A DNA stretch of 64,000 nucleotides, from contig OX597840.1 of assembly GCA_951406725.2 (NCBI GenBank), forward strand, positions 36,828,001-36,892,000, in the 5' to 3' direction. The position numbers were made by a program, and so were the translations under genes. Of this stretch, positions 1-12,009 are shown piece by piece. Within the stretch, counting starts at the first letter, position 1. Each line of letters starts with the position of its first letter. The DNA is from Octopus vulgaris. Taxonomy: Eukaryota. The notes below the pieces were generated by a model. The model worked only from the letters and a program-made list of their open reading frames with translations, was not told the DNA's origin and ran no database searches.

Positions 1-112
1 AGAGTAACAGGTTTTGTTGAATTTTCTGCTGCTTTAAATAAAGCATATTACTCTACCACTGATATTTGAGTACTCTTTTTTCCACCTTGTTTCACATTTA
101 TGTGTTTACTCC

Positions 113-114
<2 letters not shown>
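1..114 (+). mobile_element. 3' part of a probable Penelope-like pseudo-LTR cut by the window edge
   Basis: Starts AGAGTA, like the stem III/GUA end of the hammerhead-like motifs elsewhere in the window (GAAACTCTGAGTA at 40879). Contains AATAAA and ends in (TA)n. Confidence 0.35.
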
Positions 115-153
<39 letters not shown>

Positions 154-206
154 ATAGATAAATGTAGTTAAGTTCATATATCTACATGCTCTGATATATA
201 TATATA

Positions 207-480
207 TAAAATAATATGTACAATTACTCAATAGTCAAGATAAAACTCTGAGTTTCAGATGCCGAAGTGGAAATCCACAACACCATCTCTTCGGTTATCT
301 GGCCAAACGCTATGAAAAACCGAAGAAATGGTGTTGTGGATTTCCACTTCGGCATCTGAAACTCAGAGTTTTATCTTGACTATTGCATAATTGTCACATA
401 TTATTTTACTGATAAATTTCCTCTAGTTACATAATATTGAGGTCTCTTTCTTTCTTTTGTTATCTTACCGTTTTTACCAA
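207..480. mobile_element. Foldback Penelope-like pseudo-LTR (inverted arms 207-296 and 318-408, long arm continuing to 480)
   Basis: About 90-bp near-perfect inverted repeat between (TA)n tracts. It shares GGTTTTTCATAGCGT and the 3' AATAT[T/C]GAGGTCTCTT with 40790-41000. Confidence 0.75.
238..300 (-). ncRNA. Minimal type I hammerhead-ribozyme-like motif (U4C core variant)
   Basis: Minus strand: AGATAA-CCGAAGA-GATG...CATC-T-GAAA-CTCAGAG-T-T-TTATCT. Perfect 6-bp stem I, stem III ACTC-A-GAGT, GUU site, one extra U before GAAA. An imperfect mirror copy lies on + at about 314-376. Confidence 0.55.
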
Positions 481-527
<47 letters not shown>

Positions 528-576
528 GAACAAGAGTACTACAGGAGTACGTGCATCGCTAAAGATAGAAGTCAAA

Positions 577-729
577 AATATTTCTGTCCCGCGGAATGGT
601 CACAAAATTAATATTAACCAGCGTTGCTTGTTCTGACGTAGCAGAGGTAAGACAATTTTGTTGTTTCCTGGAATTTTTTCCTACCATGCCTGTATTAATT
701 TTGTGACTATTGTGTGGCACAGAAGTATT
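577..729. repeat. Imperfect 37-bp inverted repeat (577-613 / 693-729)
   Basis: AATATTTCTGTCCCGCGGAATGGTCACAAAATTAATA versus the reverse complement of the second arm, AATACTTCTGTGCCACACAATAGTCACAAAATTAATA. Confidence 0.6.
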
Positions 730-818
730 ACCTTTGTGTGTGTATGTATATAAATATATATGCGTGTGTTTGTGTGTAAGCACACGACTTACACACACAC
801 ACACACACACATATATAC

Positions 819-994
819 ACTCTTTTACTTATTTTAGTCATTTGACTGCGGCCATGCACCGCCTTTAGTCGGGTCTTATTCTTGGTAAGCCTGGTACCTA
901 TAAGTCTCTTTTGCCGAATCGCTAAGTTACGGGGACATAAACACACCAGCATCGGTTGTCAAGCAATGTTGAGGGGACAAACACAGTCACACAA

Positions 995-1045
<51 letters not shown>

Positions 1046-1216
1046 CATATATACGACGGGCTTCTTTCAGTTTCCGTCTACCAAATCCACTCGCGAAGCT
1101 TTTGTCGGCCCGAGGCTTTAGTAGAAGAATTTTACCCAAGGGGCCACGCAGTGGGACTGAACCCGGAACCATGTGGCTGGTAAGCAAGCTACTTACCACA
1201 CAGCCACTCCTGCGCC
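819..1216 (-). mobile_element. tRNA-derived SINE family A with internal (TA)n/(TG)n tract, full length
   Basis: Head GGCGCAGGAGTGGCTGTGTGGTAAG (A box)...GGGTTCAGTCCC (B box); tail ...GCATGGCCGCAGTCAAATGACTAAAATAAGTAAAAGA. Near-identical to 11610-12009. Confidence 0.9.
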
Positions 1217-1679
1217 TATATAATATATGTATTATTAATTTGCCTGTAAAGTTGGTATTCGCTTGCCACTAGTGAAGGCCTTTTGATAATACCAGCGTTC
1301 TCATATTTACTTATATATATATGTGTATACATATGTATATATGCATGTAGTCTCTCTCTTTTTCTGTCTCTCCCTCTCTCACACACGCTCTCCCTCACAC
1401 GTATCTCCGTACCAGAAAAATAGACGACATTGCATATTTCCCCATTAACTACCATATGTCATTTGCCATACATTTAACATTCTTTACCATTCTCTTAAAT
1501 CTGTCTCAATTTCACATACTTCAATTATTTACCTATTACCATAATTTCTTCGAAATGTTCTATTCTCCCACAAATTCTACTGAAATTCTACCAAAATAAA
1601 ACTTAACTCCGAAGAAGTTCCTCTACAATAATAATAATAATGATCATGATGATGATGATAACAGAAGGGGCTACACAAT

Positions 1680-2050
1680 CAATTCGATGCAGTCAAAACA
1701 GATGTTGCTTGAAAAATTTGAGGGATTGGCTGAAGTAAGAAACCCTAAAAAATTATAAAATAGACCAAAAGCAGAATATTGGCAGCGTAAGACGAAGCTT
1801 TGGTCAGGAGCTGATGTGTGAATCTCAGGAATGAACAAATGTCTGCGCTGTGCCGCATCTGTTATAGTGTGGACGAAACCATTGTCCATGTCATGAACGA
1901 ATGGCCTAGACTTGTCCAAAATCCACTACAAGTTGTGGCGACACGATCAGGTAGCTAAAGTGCTACATTGGTAACTGCTACAAGTGGGGGCTAGAGAGGG
2001 GCAAAACGGGGTATGAGCACAAACCGTAGAGAGTGGCGGAGTCGGAGATT
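1680..2050 (+). mobile_element. Decayed R4/Dong-like non-LTR retrotransposon, zinc knuckle/RLE region
   Basis: With frameshifts it reads CRICYSVDETIVHVMNEWPRL...YKLWRHDQVAKVLHW...YEHKP.RVAES, matching the CCHC knuckle + RHD + (W)YEH.P motifs. Preceded by (TAA)/(TGA)n. Confidence 0.75.
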
Positions 2051-2593
2051 AGCCCTTGCTCTCTTATTCTGAGCAGATGAGGGCTGTTTTTCAGAAGCGC
2101 AATGGAGCAATGCTTGCGTGAAGGACGATAGAGAGGAGACGGTTAATTTATGACAGCGGAAAATAGGAAATACTACAGAAATCCTTTTTCAGTTACTAAA
2201 AATAACGATTATATTAATCTGGTCGGATTGGCTGGTCTACAAATTATTTTGCGATATGTTCCTCTGGAAATAAGTGTAATTCTGATAAATTTAAATATAA
2301 AAAGACACAATACGCATATTAAATTATGCAAGCATGCATACATACATACATACATACATACATACGTACGTACGTACATACATACATACATACATACATA
2401 CATACATACATACATACATACATACATACATACATACATGCATACATGCATACATACGTACGTACATAAAACAAAAATACCGTTGTTGATGTTGAAATTC
2501 CAATGAATGAGCCTCGGATCTAGGTTAGAAACCGGTTCTTTCTCTATTGGCAAGAAATCTTGAAGTAAACTGAATAATGACATACATGCGTTC

Positions 2594-2596
<3 letters not shown>

Positions 2597-2631
<35 letters not shown>

Positions 2632-3076
2632 CATATTTATATATATATATACATATACATATTTATATATATATACATATTTATATATATATATACACAT
2701 TTATATATATACACATACATATTTATATATATATATATACATATTTATATATATATACATATTTATATATATATATATACATATTTATATATATATATAC
2801 ATATTTATATATATATATACATATTTATATATATATACATATTTATATATATATATATACATATTTATATATATATACATATTTATATATATATACATAT
2901 TTTATATATATATATACATATTTATATATATACATATACATATTTATATATATACATATACATATTTATATATATACATATTTATATATACATATATATA
3001 TTTATAAATACATATACATATTTATATATATACATATTTATATATACATATATATATTTATATATACATATTTTTT

Positions 3077-3152
<76 letters not shown>

Positions 3153-3200
3153 CATATTTTTTATATATACATATATATATATATATTTTTTTCGTATATA
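2597..3200. repeat. (TA)n-derived minisatellite with a recurring TATACATATT unit
   Basis: Many units of (TA)n-CATATT seen directly; this is the source of the long Y/I ORF. Confidence 0.95.
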
Positions 3201-3871
3201 TAAATATATTTATGTAAGTATATGTATACATATTACCACATGCTTATACACACGCACACACACGGTGGTTTTACCTCTTTTCTATAGACATAGAAGTTTG
3301 TCAAACTGTAAAGTTTGAATAAAAACCATTGCATATATATTCGTAAGTTTTCATCCAGAACATTCTAGTAAATCTCACTTAATCATATGGTTCTGCGGTT
3401 TTAAAGAGAGCCAAAAAGTATTTCATGAAATTGCAACATGTATATAACTTCTCGGAACTGACATTCAAATAATCGTCATAAATGTTTAAGAATAAAAAAA
3501 AACTGTTTTTAAACTTTTTCATTAGAACCGTCCAATCTGTCCATTTCTTTTCACTTTCATTCCTCCCGGAATGTAAAGAAGAGTATTCACTGGATATAGA
3601 ATTTAGACTCACACTTGCTTTAGAAAGTTTTGTGACATTGCTATTTTTCTGTGCTTCTGAAAGGGAGGAGAAAGAGTGAAATAACGACGTTTCAATTTTC
3701 CCCGCATCGTGGCTCCTTAATATTTATTCACGGCTTTGACTGGTGGAAACGATCTGCGCGTCGAAGATAATTGCTTCGGCTTTGCCCGACTGATCGTGAG
3801 AACGTGAGTTCTATATTACATACACATGTATATGTATGTGTCTGTGTGTTTACGTGTGTGCCTGTGTATGC

Positions 3872-3911
<40 letters not shown>

Positions 3912-3940
3912 GTATATATATATATGTATATATATATATG

Positions 3941-3989
<49 letters not shown>

Positions 3990-4193
3990 GTATATATATA
4001 TAAGTTATAAAGTGTCGTTTATTGATTATTTTTTTATTATATTTTCATATATTCTGTAAACAAAGATTTACCTGTTTATATGTCTATATGTTTTTCTGTG
4101 TATCTATCTATCTTTATAACTATCTACCTTTATATCTATCTATCTATCTATCTATCTGTGTGTCATTCTCTCACCTCCTATATATATATATAT

Positions 4194-4230
<37 letters not shown>

Positions 4231-4499
4231 CATACATACATGCACATATATAAATATTATAGAGTACGAGAAAGAGACAGAGAGAGAAAGAAAGAGAGAG
4301 GTGGAGAAATAAAGAGAGAGAGAGAGAGAGAGAGAGCGGGGGGGATAAGGGAGAGTTGCAATGCTTTATTGGCAAAACTAATGATGAAGTGGAAGCGATT
4401 GAAGTCTGACATCTTATAAATTATTTTTTACAGCATCAACGTCAATTATATTCAAATCTTTGTGGTGGTGTTCCAGTCTATCAGTTGCGACTTATGGAG

Positions 4500-4800
4500 A
4501 ATGCCTTATCACCTCGCTAGAAATAACAGTCAAATTACTCTTAAATCGTTACCTACTCTCTTGGGAAATAAACATATTCATATGCTGTCATAGATAACAC
4601 TACACCCAAGAAATCAAAACGTATATGACGAGATGGTCAAAGCTGGAAGGGCTTTGCTGTAATACATTCAAACAGGACTGACCTGAATCCAAACACAGAA
4701 AACACCATAAGAATTGTCCTAAACGAGGTTGTTTGAACTCCTAGAAATACTAGTCAGATCTCGCTCATATCTTATTGTCATAAAAATACAAAATCATAGG
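4500..4800 (+). repeat. Dispersed repeat family E (CTAGAAATA[A/G]CAG...GATGGTCA..GCTGGAA), decayed
   Basis: Similar segments at about 31690-31860, 43240-43330 and, reversed, 26415-26480 and 32410-32445. Confidence 0.5.
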
Positions 4801-4811
4801 ATAATTTAGTT

Positions 4812-5359
4812 TCAGATGTAATGAACTTTAAAAATAAGCTGTTTTCTTACTGAGTATGATGATTTCTTGTTTTCGTGCTTTAAAACAAGTTTTAACATCC
4901 AGCCATCAGAGTTTTTCAGGTAGGTGTTGAGGCCAATTGTGGTAATCTTCATTGTTAATTCCAGGTGTAAAAGTCTCCGGCCTCCCTCTTTTCTTGGCAG
5001 GTAAAGTCGCTGTGTATTTTCCTTAGGGTGGTGCATTCTATGCATTGTCAACAGTTTTCGTATTTTTCACTCGAGATTACATATTTCAGTAATTGACCAG
5101 TTAAAGATATTCAAACTGTAAGTCACGACCGGCATGGCTAAATTATTGATCGCTTCGATCCTGTTTCTTGCATTCAGCTCTGTCTTGAGTATTGCCCTTA
5201 CCCTACAATAACATTCTCTTCTGATCCTTTCTCTCATCATTGAATGTTTGATTTAATCCCCTTCAAATACCCCTTGGTATTTGTAGCTCTCCTCTGGTTC
5301 TAACCCCTTTATGACATCCTGATGGTCAAGACTAACGTTGGATGTTTCTGTCATTTTAC

Positions 5360-5362
<3 letters not shown>
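4812..5362 (-). mobile_element. Decayed R4/Dong-like LINE, RT C-terminal/thumb region
   Basis: Reads YK(Y)QGVFEG...RVRAILKTELNARNRIEAINNLAMPVVTYSLNIFNW...TMHRMHHPK..TQRLYLPRKEGGRRL. Its 5' junction abuts (TAA)n at 5362-5396. Confidence 0.85.
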
Positions 5363-5396
<34 letters not shown>

Positions 5397-5840
5397 GCGG
5401 TGAGCTGGCAGAATCGTTAGCACGCCGGGCGAAAAGCTTAGTGGTATTTCGCCTGCCGCTGTGTCCTGAGTTCAAATTCCGCTGAGGTCGACTTTGCTTT
5501 TCATCCTTCAGGGGTCGATTAAATAAGTACCAGTTACACACTGCGGTCGATATAATCGACTTAATCAGTTTTTCTGCCCGTGTTTGTCCTTTCTGTGTTC
5601 AGCTCCTTGTGGGTAATAAAGAAATAGGTATTTCGCCAGCCGCTATGTCCTGAGTTCAAATTCCGCCGAGGTCGACTTTGCTTTCCATCCTTCCGGGGTC
5701 GATTAAATAAGTTGTCCTCTCTGTGTTTAGCTCTTTGTGAGTAGTAGAGAAATATGTATTTCACCTGTCTTCACGTTCTGAGTTCAAATTCTGAGTTGCG
5801 TCCTGGAGGTCCTGGAGGTCGATCTATTCGACTGGCTCAC
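5397..5840 (+). mobile_element. MetaSINE-like tRNA SINE family B, head-to-tail trimer
   Basis: Head GGTGAGCTGGCAGAATCGTTAG, B box GAGTTCAAATTC, Meta-like GGTCGACTTTGC.TT.CATCCTTC.GGGGTCGAT..AATAAGTACC. Units restart at GTATTTC at 5444, 5628 and 5756. Confidence 0.85.
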
Positions 5841-5966
5841 TCCGATGTCATTGAATGTCATTGCGTTTAGCGACATAAAAGCTAGACTGTATATACTAAG
5901 AAATCATTGATTCTATAAAGGTAAATAAATAATTCTATTCAAGCAATGACCACAACCGTATCAACT

Positions 5967-6023
<57 letters not shown>

Positions 6024-6230
6024 ATTACGTCTTATTGACGAATCTAGAGTTTTCATAAATTCTTCAATAAATAAATATTTATGAAATAATAAATCAACAA
6101 AACTAATAGCATTTAACGATGTTGGCGATTTTATGATGATGACACATATGAGCATAAATATGTATAACAATATATATATATATGTAGATATATATACGTG
6201 TGAGTATACATATGATATACATGCATAATA

Positions 6231-6488
6231 TCTATCTATCTGTCTATCTATCTATAAATATATATACATGTGTGTGTGTATATATATATACATATATACA
6301 CACACGCATATCTATCTATCTATAAATATATATACGTGTGTGTGTGTATATATATACATATATACACACACGCATATCTATCTATCTATCTATCTATCTG
6401 TCTATCTATCTATAAATATATATACATGTGTGTGTGTATATATATACATATATACACACACGCATATCTATCTATCTATCTATCTATC

Positions 6489-6490
<2 letters not shown>
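6231..6490. repeat. Three tandem copies of a compound microsatellite unit (about 66-82 bp)
   Basis: Unit CTATCTATAAATATATATAC.TGTGTGTGTGTATATATATACATATATACACACACGCATAT repeated. Confidence 0.85.
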
Positions 6491-6538
<48 letters not shown>

Positions 6539-7405
6539 CATATCTATATATTTATGTATATATTCTTATATCTTTCTGCTATGTTTTATCATTTATCGTT
6601 TACTATTTCGAAAATTGAGCTGCGTCCATGCTCATGTTCCGCCTTGAAGTATTTATTGAAAGTCATCGATTTCAATACTGATTTTTACGCCCCCTTTTGC
6701 CGAACCGCTAACTTGCGGGGACGTAAAGAAACCAAAACCACTTGCGAAACGGTTGGGGCCCAAACCAACACAGGAAAGCACACATCTCACACACTCACAC
6801 ATACTTTCCGCCTATAACCTATAAAGTTTACTCAGAAGGCTTTGCTGTGAATTGTGATTGAATTTCGTTTTGAGCTGTAGTCGAGAAAATAGACAGAGAA
6901 AGAAGGAGATAATTATTGAAGGAGAGGTGACGTTGGACGACGGGAGAGAAAGGAGGTGAGGTGAAGTGAAGAGAAATAAGCATATTAGTAAAATATGAGT
7001 GGAGAATGATGTAAAGAAAAAGGGAGAAAATGAGAAAGAAATTATGAAGGACAAATGAGAGGGTCACTTGGTCAGGATGGGGTGTTTGAGTTTCTACCTG
7101 AAGAGGCCATGAAACTAATTGATGAGTTTGCTGAATTAGAGAAAGATCAAAGAAAATATATTTAAAACAAACAGGAAATAAATAAAAAAAATATAAAGAA
7201 TGTGATCTGATGATGACTTAGTTTAATATTAGTGTTTTCTGTTTGTGTAAATACGAAAGGAGCCACGAGGAAGATAAATGAAATACAAAAATATAAGAAT
7301 GATCAAAAGAGTAAAGACAAAACTATTACATACCTGAAAGCAAATTTTAAAAGTGACTAGGTAATGTAGCTTAATGTAAATATATATATATATATATATA
7401 TATAA

Positions 7406-7816
7406 GGGCGACGTGCTGGCAGAAACGTTAGCACGCCGGGCGAAATGCTTAACGGTATTTCGTCTGCCGTTACGTTCCAATTTCAAATTCCACCGAGGTC
7501 GAATTTGCCTTCCATCCTTTCGGGGTCGATTAAATAAGTACCAGTTACGCACTGGGGTCGATGTAATCGACTTAATACCTATCTCTGTCCTTGTTTGACC
7601 CCTCTGTGTTTAGCCTCTTGTGGGTTGTAAAGAAATAGGTATTTCGTCTGTCTTTACATTCCGATTTCAAATTCCACCGATGTCGACTTTGCCTTTCATC
7701 CTTTCGGGGTCGATTAAATAAGTACCAGTTACGCACTGGAGTCGATGTAATCGACAATCCCTTTGTCTGTCCTTGTTTGTCCCCCCTATGTTTAGCCCCT
7801 TTGTGGGCAATAAAGT
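7406..7816 (+). mobile_element. MetaSINE-like family B dimer
   Basis: Same consensus as 5397; second unit restarts at GTATTTCG at 7639 (period 184 bp). Confidence 0.9.
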
Positions 7817-7829
7817 ATTATATATATAA

Positions 7830-8340
7830 GGGGAATTCACAAAAGTGAGTCTGTGAATGTAAAACCAAACAACCTTTTACATACAAAGAAGCGGATTATA
7901 GGAGGTCGATTTTATGGTGGAAAGAAAACGTTTAGAAAAATCAATGATGGAAAAAGTTATTACATCACACAATTTATTAAGGAGAACGTCTTTGCACTCG
8001 CATCTTATCTCAAAGGATCTTCTATAATGCGACCATTCCGTCAGTCTTCCAGTTTTTACGATAGACAAGGAGCTGATATATGGCGTTCTATTGTCCTTGA
8101 AATGATGGATATAATTTAACAGATTTGCGCCGAATGTTAGAGAACGAGCAAACATGAATCAAGTAACGCTTATTCAAATCGGTAGAAGAACCTTTATAGA
8201 TGTTGATGGGATTCTGAGGCATTGTAGTGAGATCCAAATTGTAAACGTTATTACATCGCATACAATGAGAGTTCAAACGGAAATTATTGACCTTTGTACA
8301 ATTACACTTCTTATTATTACAGGTTAAAATCGGTGCAAAA
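7830..8340 (-). mobile_element. Decayed Penelope-like element, GIY-YIG endonuclease region
   Basis: KCNCTKVNNFRLNSHCMRCNNVY...IYKGSSTDLNKRYLIHVCSF, then after a frameshift YIHHFKDNRTPYISSLSIVK...KLCD...IID...KS. This matches the PLE pattern CNC..CPL.G.C..VY..YIG.T..RY..H..SF..YIW.LK..WSI..C.LC. Confidence 0.75.
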
Positions 8341-8577
8341 TTTATACATACATAAATATACAAAACACAGACAAGCGTGCGCGCACATACACCTGTATAT
8401 GCATAAATGTATGAATTAACATGTATAGATTCATATCTGTATGGATGCGTGTATGTGGATCTACTCAGAAAAGCATAAATGTTTGTTTTTTGTTTGAATA
8501 TAATGCAGATATCATACGATATCTGTTTTAAGTATGTACATACATATGCATTTTTGTATGTGTGTGTATATATACAT

Positions 8578-8762
8578 AGTGAGAATTTACAAAAAAAAAA
8601 AAAGAGAGAAACGAAGACGTGTGTGTAAACAATGAATACATGTATTAGTTTAACGCTCGGGAAGTGAGAAAGTCTTTTATATTTCGAGCCTACGCTCTTC
8701 GACAGAAAGGAACACGAAGAAATAAACAGAAAGAGAAAATAAAAGAAAGGTTTAGTGGCTAC
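8578..8762 (-). mobile_element. Penelope-like pseudo-LTR fragment carrying a hammerhead-like motif
   Basis: Homologous to 40061-40370 (GTATTAGT...CGCTC.GGAA...AAGTCTTTTA..TTTCGAGCCTACGCTCTTC.ACAGAAAG). Flanked by TA/CA repeats and about 240 bp from a PLE endonuclease remnant on the same strand. Confidence 0.65.
8674..8709 (-). ncRNA. Minimal hammerhead-like motif, CUGUCGA core (A6U variant)
   Basis: CTTT-CTGTCGA-A-GAGC-GTAG-GCTC-GAAA-TA-T-A-AAAG: 4-bp stem I, 4-bp stem II, palindromic stem III ATAT, AUA site. Confidence 0.55.
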
Positions 8763-9529
8763 ACACACATCTATGTCTTTAGCTATTTAAGTATCTGGAT
8801 AATTAGATAGATATAAATTCATATATTCGTCCCTGCATCTGAACATACATACATACGTCCATATAAACAGAGGCACGGCGTCACATATACACAATGCATG
8901 TGCAACCTTACAGATGCAGAAATATTTACGACAGGCTTCTGAATAGTTTGCTGCATTTATTTCTACCAAAAAGAAACGGTTGGGTTTTCAGCAGATTCAG
9001 AAGAAGCCATTTGTCCAGTGTCTGAATTTACCGCCAATAAGAATAAACTCAAAACTCTTTCGTTCCAAAGACAATTTCTTAGCTACACGGCAACGAATGC
9101 GTTGCTTTTTCTCTTCTCATCGCTCTCTTTGTCTCTCTGTCACTCTTTCTGTCTTTGTGTCTCTGTCTCTTTCCCTGCCTCTCTTCCCCTTCCTTCTCCC
9201 TCTCTCTGTGTTTATCTGAGCGTGTGTGTGTATAGGTGTGCATATATATATATATATATATATGTGTGTGGTATTTGTGTGTGCCTGTGTTTGTGTGGTA
9301 TTTGTGTGTGCCTGTGTTTGTGTATGTGCGTGTGTGTTTACAAAAGATATGTGTCCGCCTCTTAGTATGAACACACATACCTGCATATATATATATATGT
9401 GTGTGTGTATCACTATATATATGCACGCATATATATATATATATGCATGTATATATATATATATGCATGTATATATTTATATATATATATGCATGTATAT
9501 ATTTATATATATATATGCATGTATATATA

Positions 9530-9577
<48 letters not shown>

Positions 9578-9971
9578 ATGTGTGTGTGTATGAGAAACCG
9601 AACGAAAATACATCAATAAACGAAGCACAGACACAAACAAAATAAAAAAGAAAAACCGAAAAACCTCCAAAACAGTCAAAACAACATAAAGAAGACGTAA
9701 AATAAATCTGAGATTGATATTATCTATTTAAAAGTTGTCTGGGGATAGCGAATGGAGCGGGGGGGATGAGGGAGGAGGATCGGTGGGAGTAGAAGCAGAT
9801 GAGTAACCGTCGGATGGTGGTGGTGGGCAGAAGGATATTAGTGGGAGGGTTGGGTGAGTGAGTGGTTGGGGAAAAAATCATTTTATCTGTTTCTCTCTTG
9901 ATTTTTTTACGAGATACTTGTTAATTATTTTCTTGCTTGTTTATGAATTCTAAAACTAGTGATTATTGTTT

Positions 9972-10018
<47 letters not shown>

Positions 10019-10389
10019 ATGGTGAAGCGGATGGGGGTGGGGGTCGGTTGTAAGAAAGCACCGGTTGAAGAGATATATACTTGGTGGACGATGTGCTGGT
10101 GGTGGTGGTGGGGGTCATGGGCGGAATGCGGTGGCTAGAGGTCAATTCGAACTCATCTCCAACTCTCTCACTACCTCCCTCACCACCACACACACACTGT
10201 GATATTTAATTTGCTGACACCAAACGGAAATTCGGAATGAATAAATGTAGAAATACAGAAGAGAAATATCTAATGAAAAGGAAAGAAAATAATTATTAAT
10301 ATATATGTGTGTATATATATATATATATACATACATACACCCATACACCCATGTGTGTGTATATATATATATACACACACATACACCCA

Positions 10390-10441
<52 letters not shown>

Positions 10442-10886
10442 CATATATGTATATATATATATATATATATGAATATATATGAATGTGGATGTATACATAC
10501 ATGTAGACACACCTGTATTTTTCTTATATGTATGTGGCATATATATTCTTTATGAATGTGTATATATTTGTGATCTAACACAGACACACAGACGTTTCCG
10601 CAGTCCTTCACTTATTGTGCTTGTGTTTGTGTTTCTGCGTACTTTCAAACTTGTTGAGGGCCAGTGGGTTTTGTTAGCCCCATATCTTATCTTTTCGGCA
10701 AAGGTACGTCAAACAAGTAAATGCGAAACTTAAGATAGGAATCGATTTAACCAACTCAACATTTAGGCATGGGACTGTAGAATGGCCGCAATTCAGTGAT
10801 TGATATCAGGAAAATAGTAAAAGGATAATTCATTGAGATTTCCATCTTCCGTGTCTCTCATTAACCAAGTATATGTATTAGATAAA

Positions 10887-11303
10887 AGGCAGTGACCTGC
10901 CAGAAGCGTTAGCATGTCGGGTGAAATGCTTAGCGGTATTTCGTCTGCCGTTACGCCCTGAGTTCAAATTCCGCTGAGGTCGACTTTGCCTTTCATCCTT
11001 TCGGGGTCGTTAAATAAAGTACCAGTTACGCACTGGGGGTCGATGTAATCGACTTAATCCGTTTGTCTGTCCTTGTTTGTCCCCTCTGTGTCTAGCCTCT
11101 TGTGGGTAGTAAAGAAACAGATATTTCGTCTGCCGTTACGCTCTGAGTTCAAATTCCGCCGAGGTCGACTTTGCCTGTCATCCTTTCGGGGTCGATAAAT
11201 AAAGTACCAGTTACGCACTGGGGTCGATATAATCGACTTAATCACTTTGTCTGTCCTTGTTTGTCCCCTCTTTGTTTAGTCCCTTGTGGGCAATAAAGAA
11301 ATA
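10887..11303 (+). mobile_element. MetaSINE-like family B dimer
   Basis: Units start at 10936 and 11121 (period 185 bp). Confidence 0.9.
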
Positions 11304-11315
11304 TATATGTATTAG

Positions 11316-11351
<36 letters not shown>

Positions 11352-11609
11352 TGAGAGAGAGAGGAAAAGAGAGAAGGGAGAGAGTTACATAAAGTGTTGG
11401 GCAGAAAATATTAGCATATTGAAAAAAAATGAAAAAAATCCAAGGAAAATAACCCCGTGTGTCGTCTGCGTGGATTTCGATAAATCTGATGCAGCCTCGA
11501 TGCAGTGAATGAAGTAAGCCATACAATAGTGACGTAATAACAATTTGCCATTTAATTTGTGAAAGAAGGCAAAATGGCGGCAGCAATTGCTTAGGATTCC
11601 CAAAGAAAT

Positions 11610-12009
11610 ACTCTTTTACTCGTTTCAGTCCTTTGACTGTGGCCACGCTGGAGCACCTCCTTTAGTCGAGCAAATCGACCACAGGACTTATTCTTTGTAA
11701 GCCCAGTACTTATTCTCTCAGTCTCTTTTGCCGAACTGCTAAGTGACGGGGACGTAAACACACCAGCATCGGTTGTCAAGCAATGCTAGGGGGACAAACA
11801 CAGACAAACACATACACACACACATATATATATATATACATATATACGACAGGCTCCTTTCAGTTTCCGTCTACCAAATCCACTCACAAGGCATTGGTCG
11901 GCCCGGGGCTATAGCAGAAGACACTTGCCCAAGATGTCACGCAGTGGGACTGAACCCGGAACCCTGTGGTTGATTAGCAAGCTACTTACCACACAGCCAC
12001 TCCTGCGCC
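11610..12009 (-). mobile_element. tRNA-derived SINE family A, full length
   Basis: Same consensus as 819-1216, including the internal TA/CA tract. Confidence 0.9.

Noticed and set aside
7098-7122. CTGAAGA-GGCCAT-GAAACTAATT canonical hammerhead core
   Set aside because: Stems I and III do not pair properly; a 10-nt gapped core match is expected about once by chance over both strands of 64 kb.
5397-11303. Regularly spaced 184-185-bp direct repeats resembling a CRISPR array or satellite
   Set aside because: They are tandem SINE units with Pol III boxes; there are no unique spacers and no cas genes, and the context is eukaryotic.
11525-11585. TGACGTAA and AAAATGGCGG (CRE/YY1-like) motifs; also AAGATGGCG near 26766
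   Set aside because: Short motifs expected by chance, with no independent promoter evidence.
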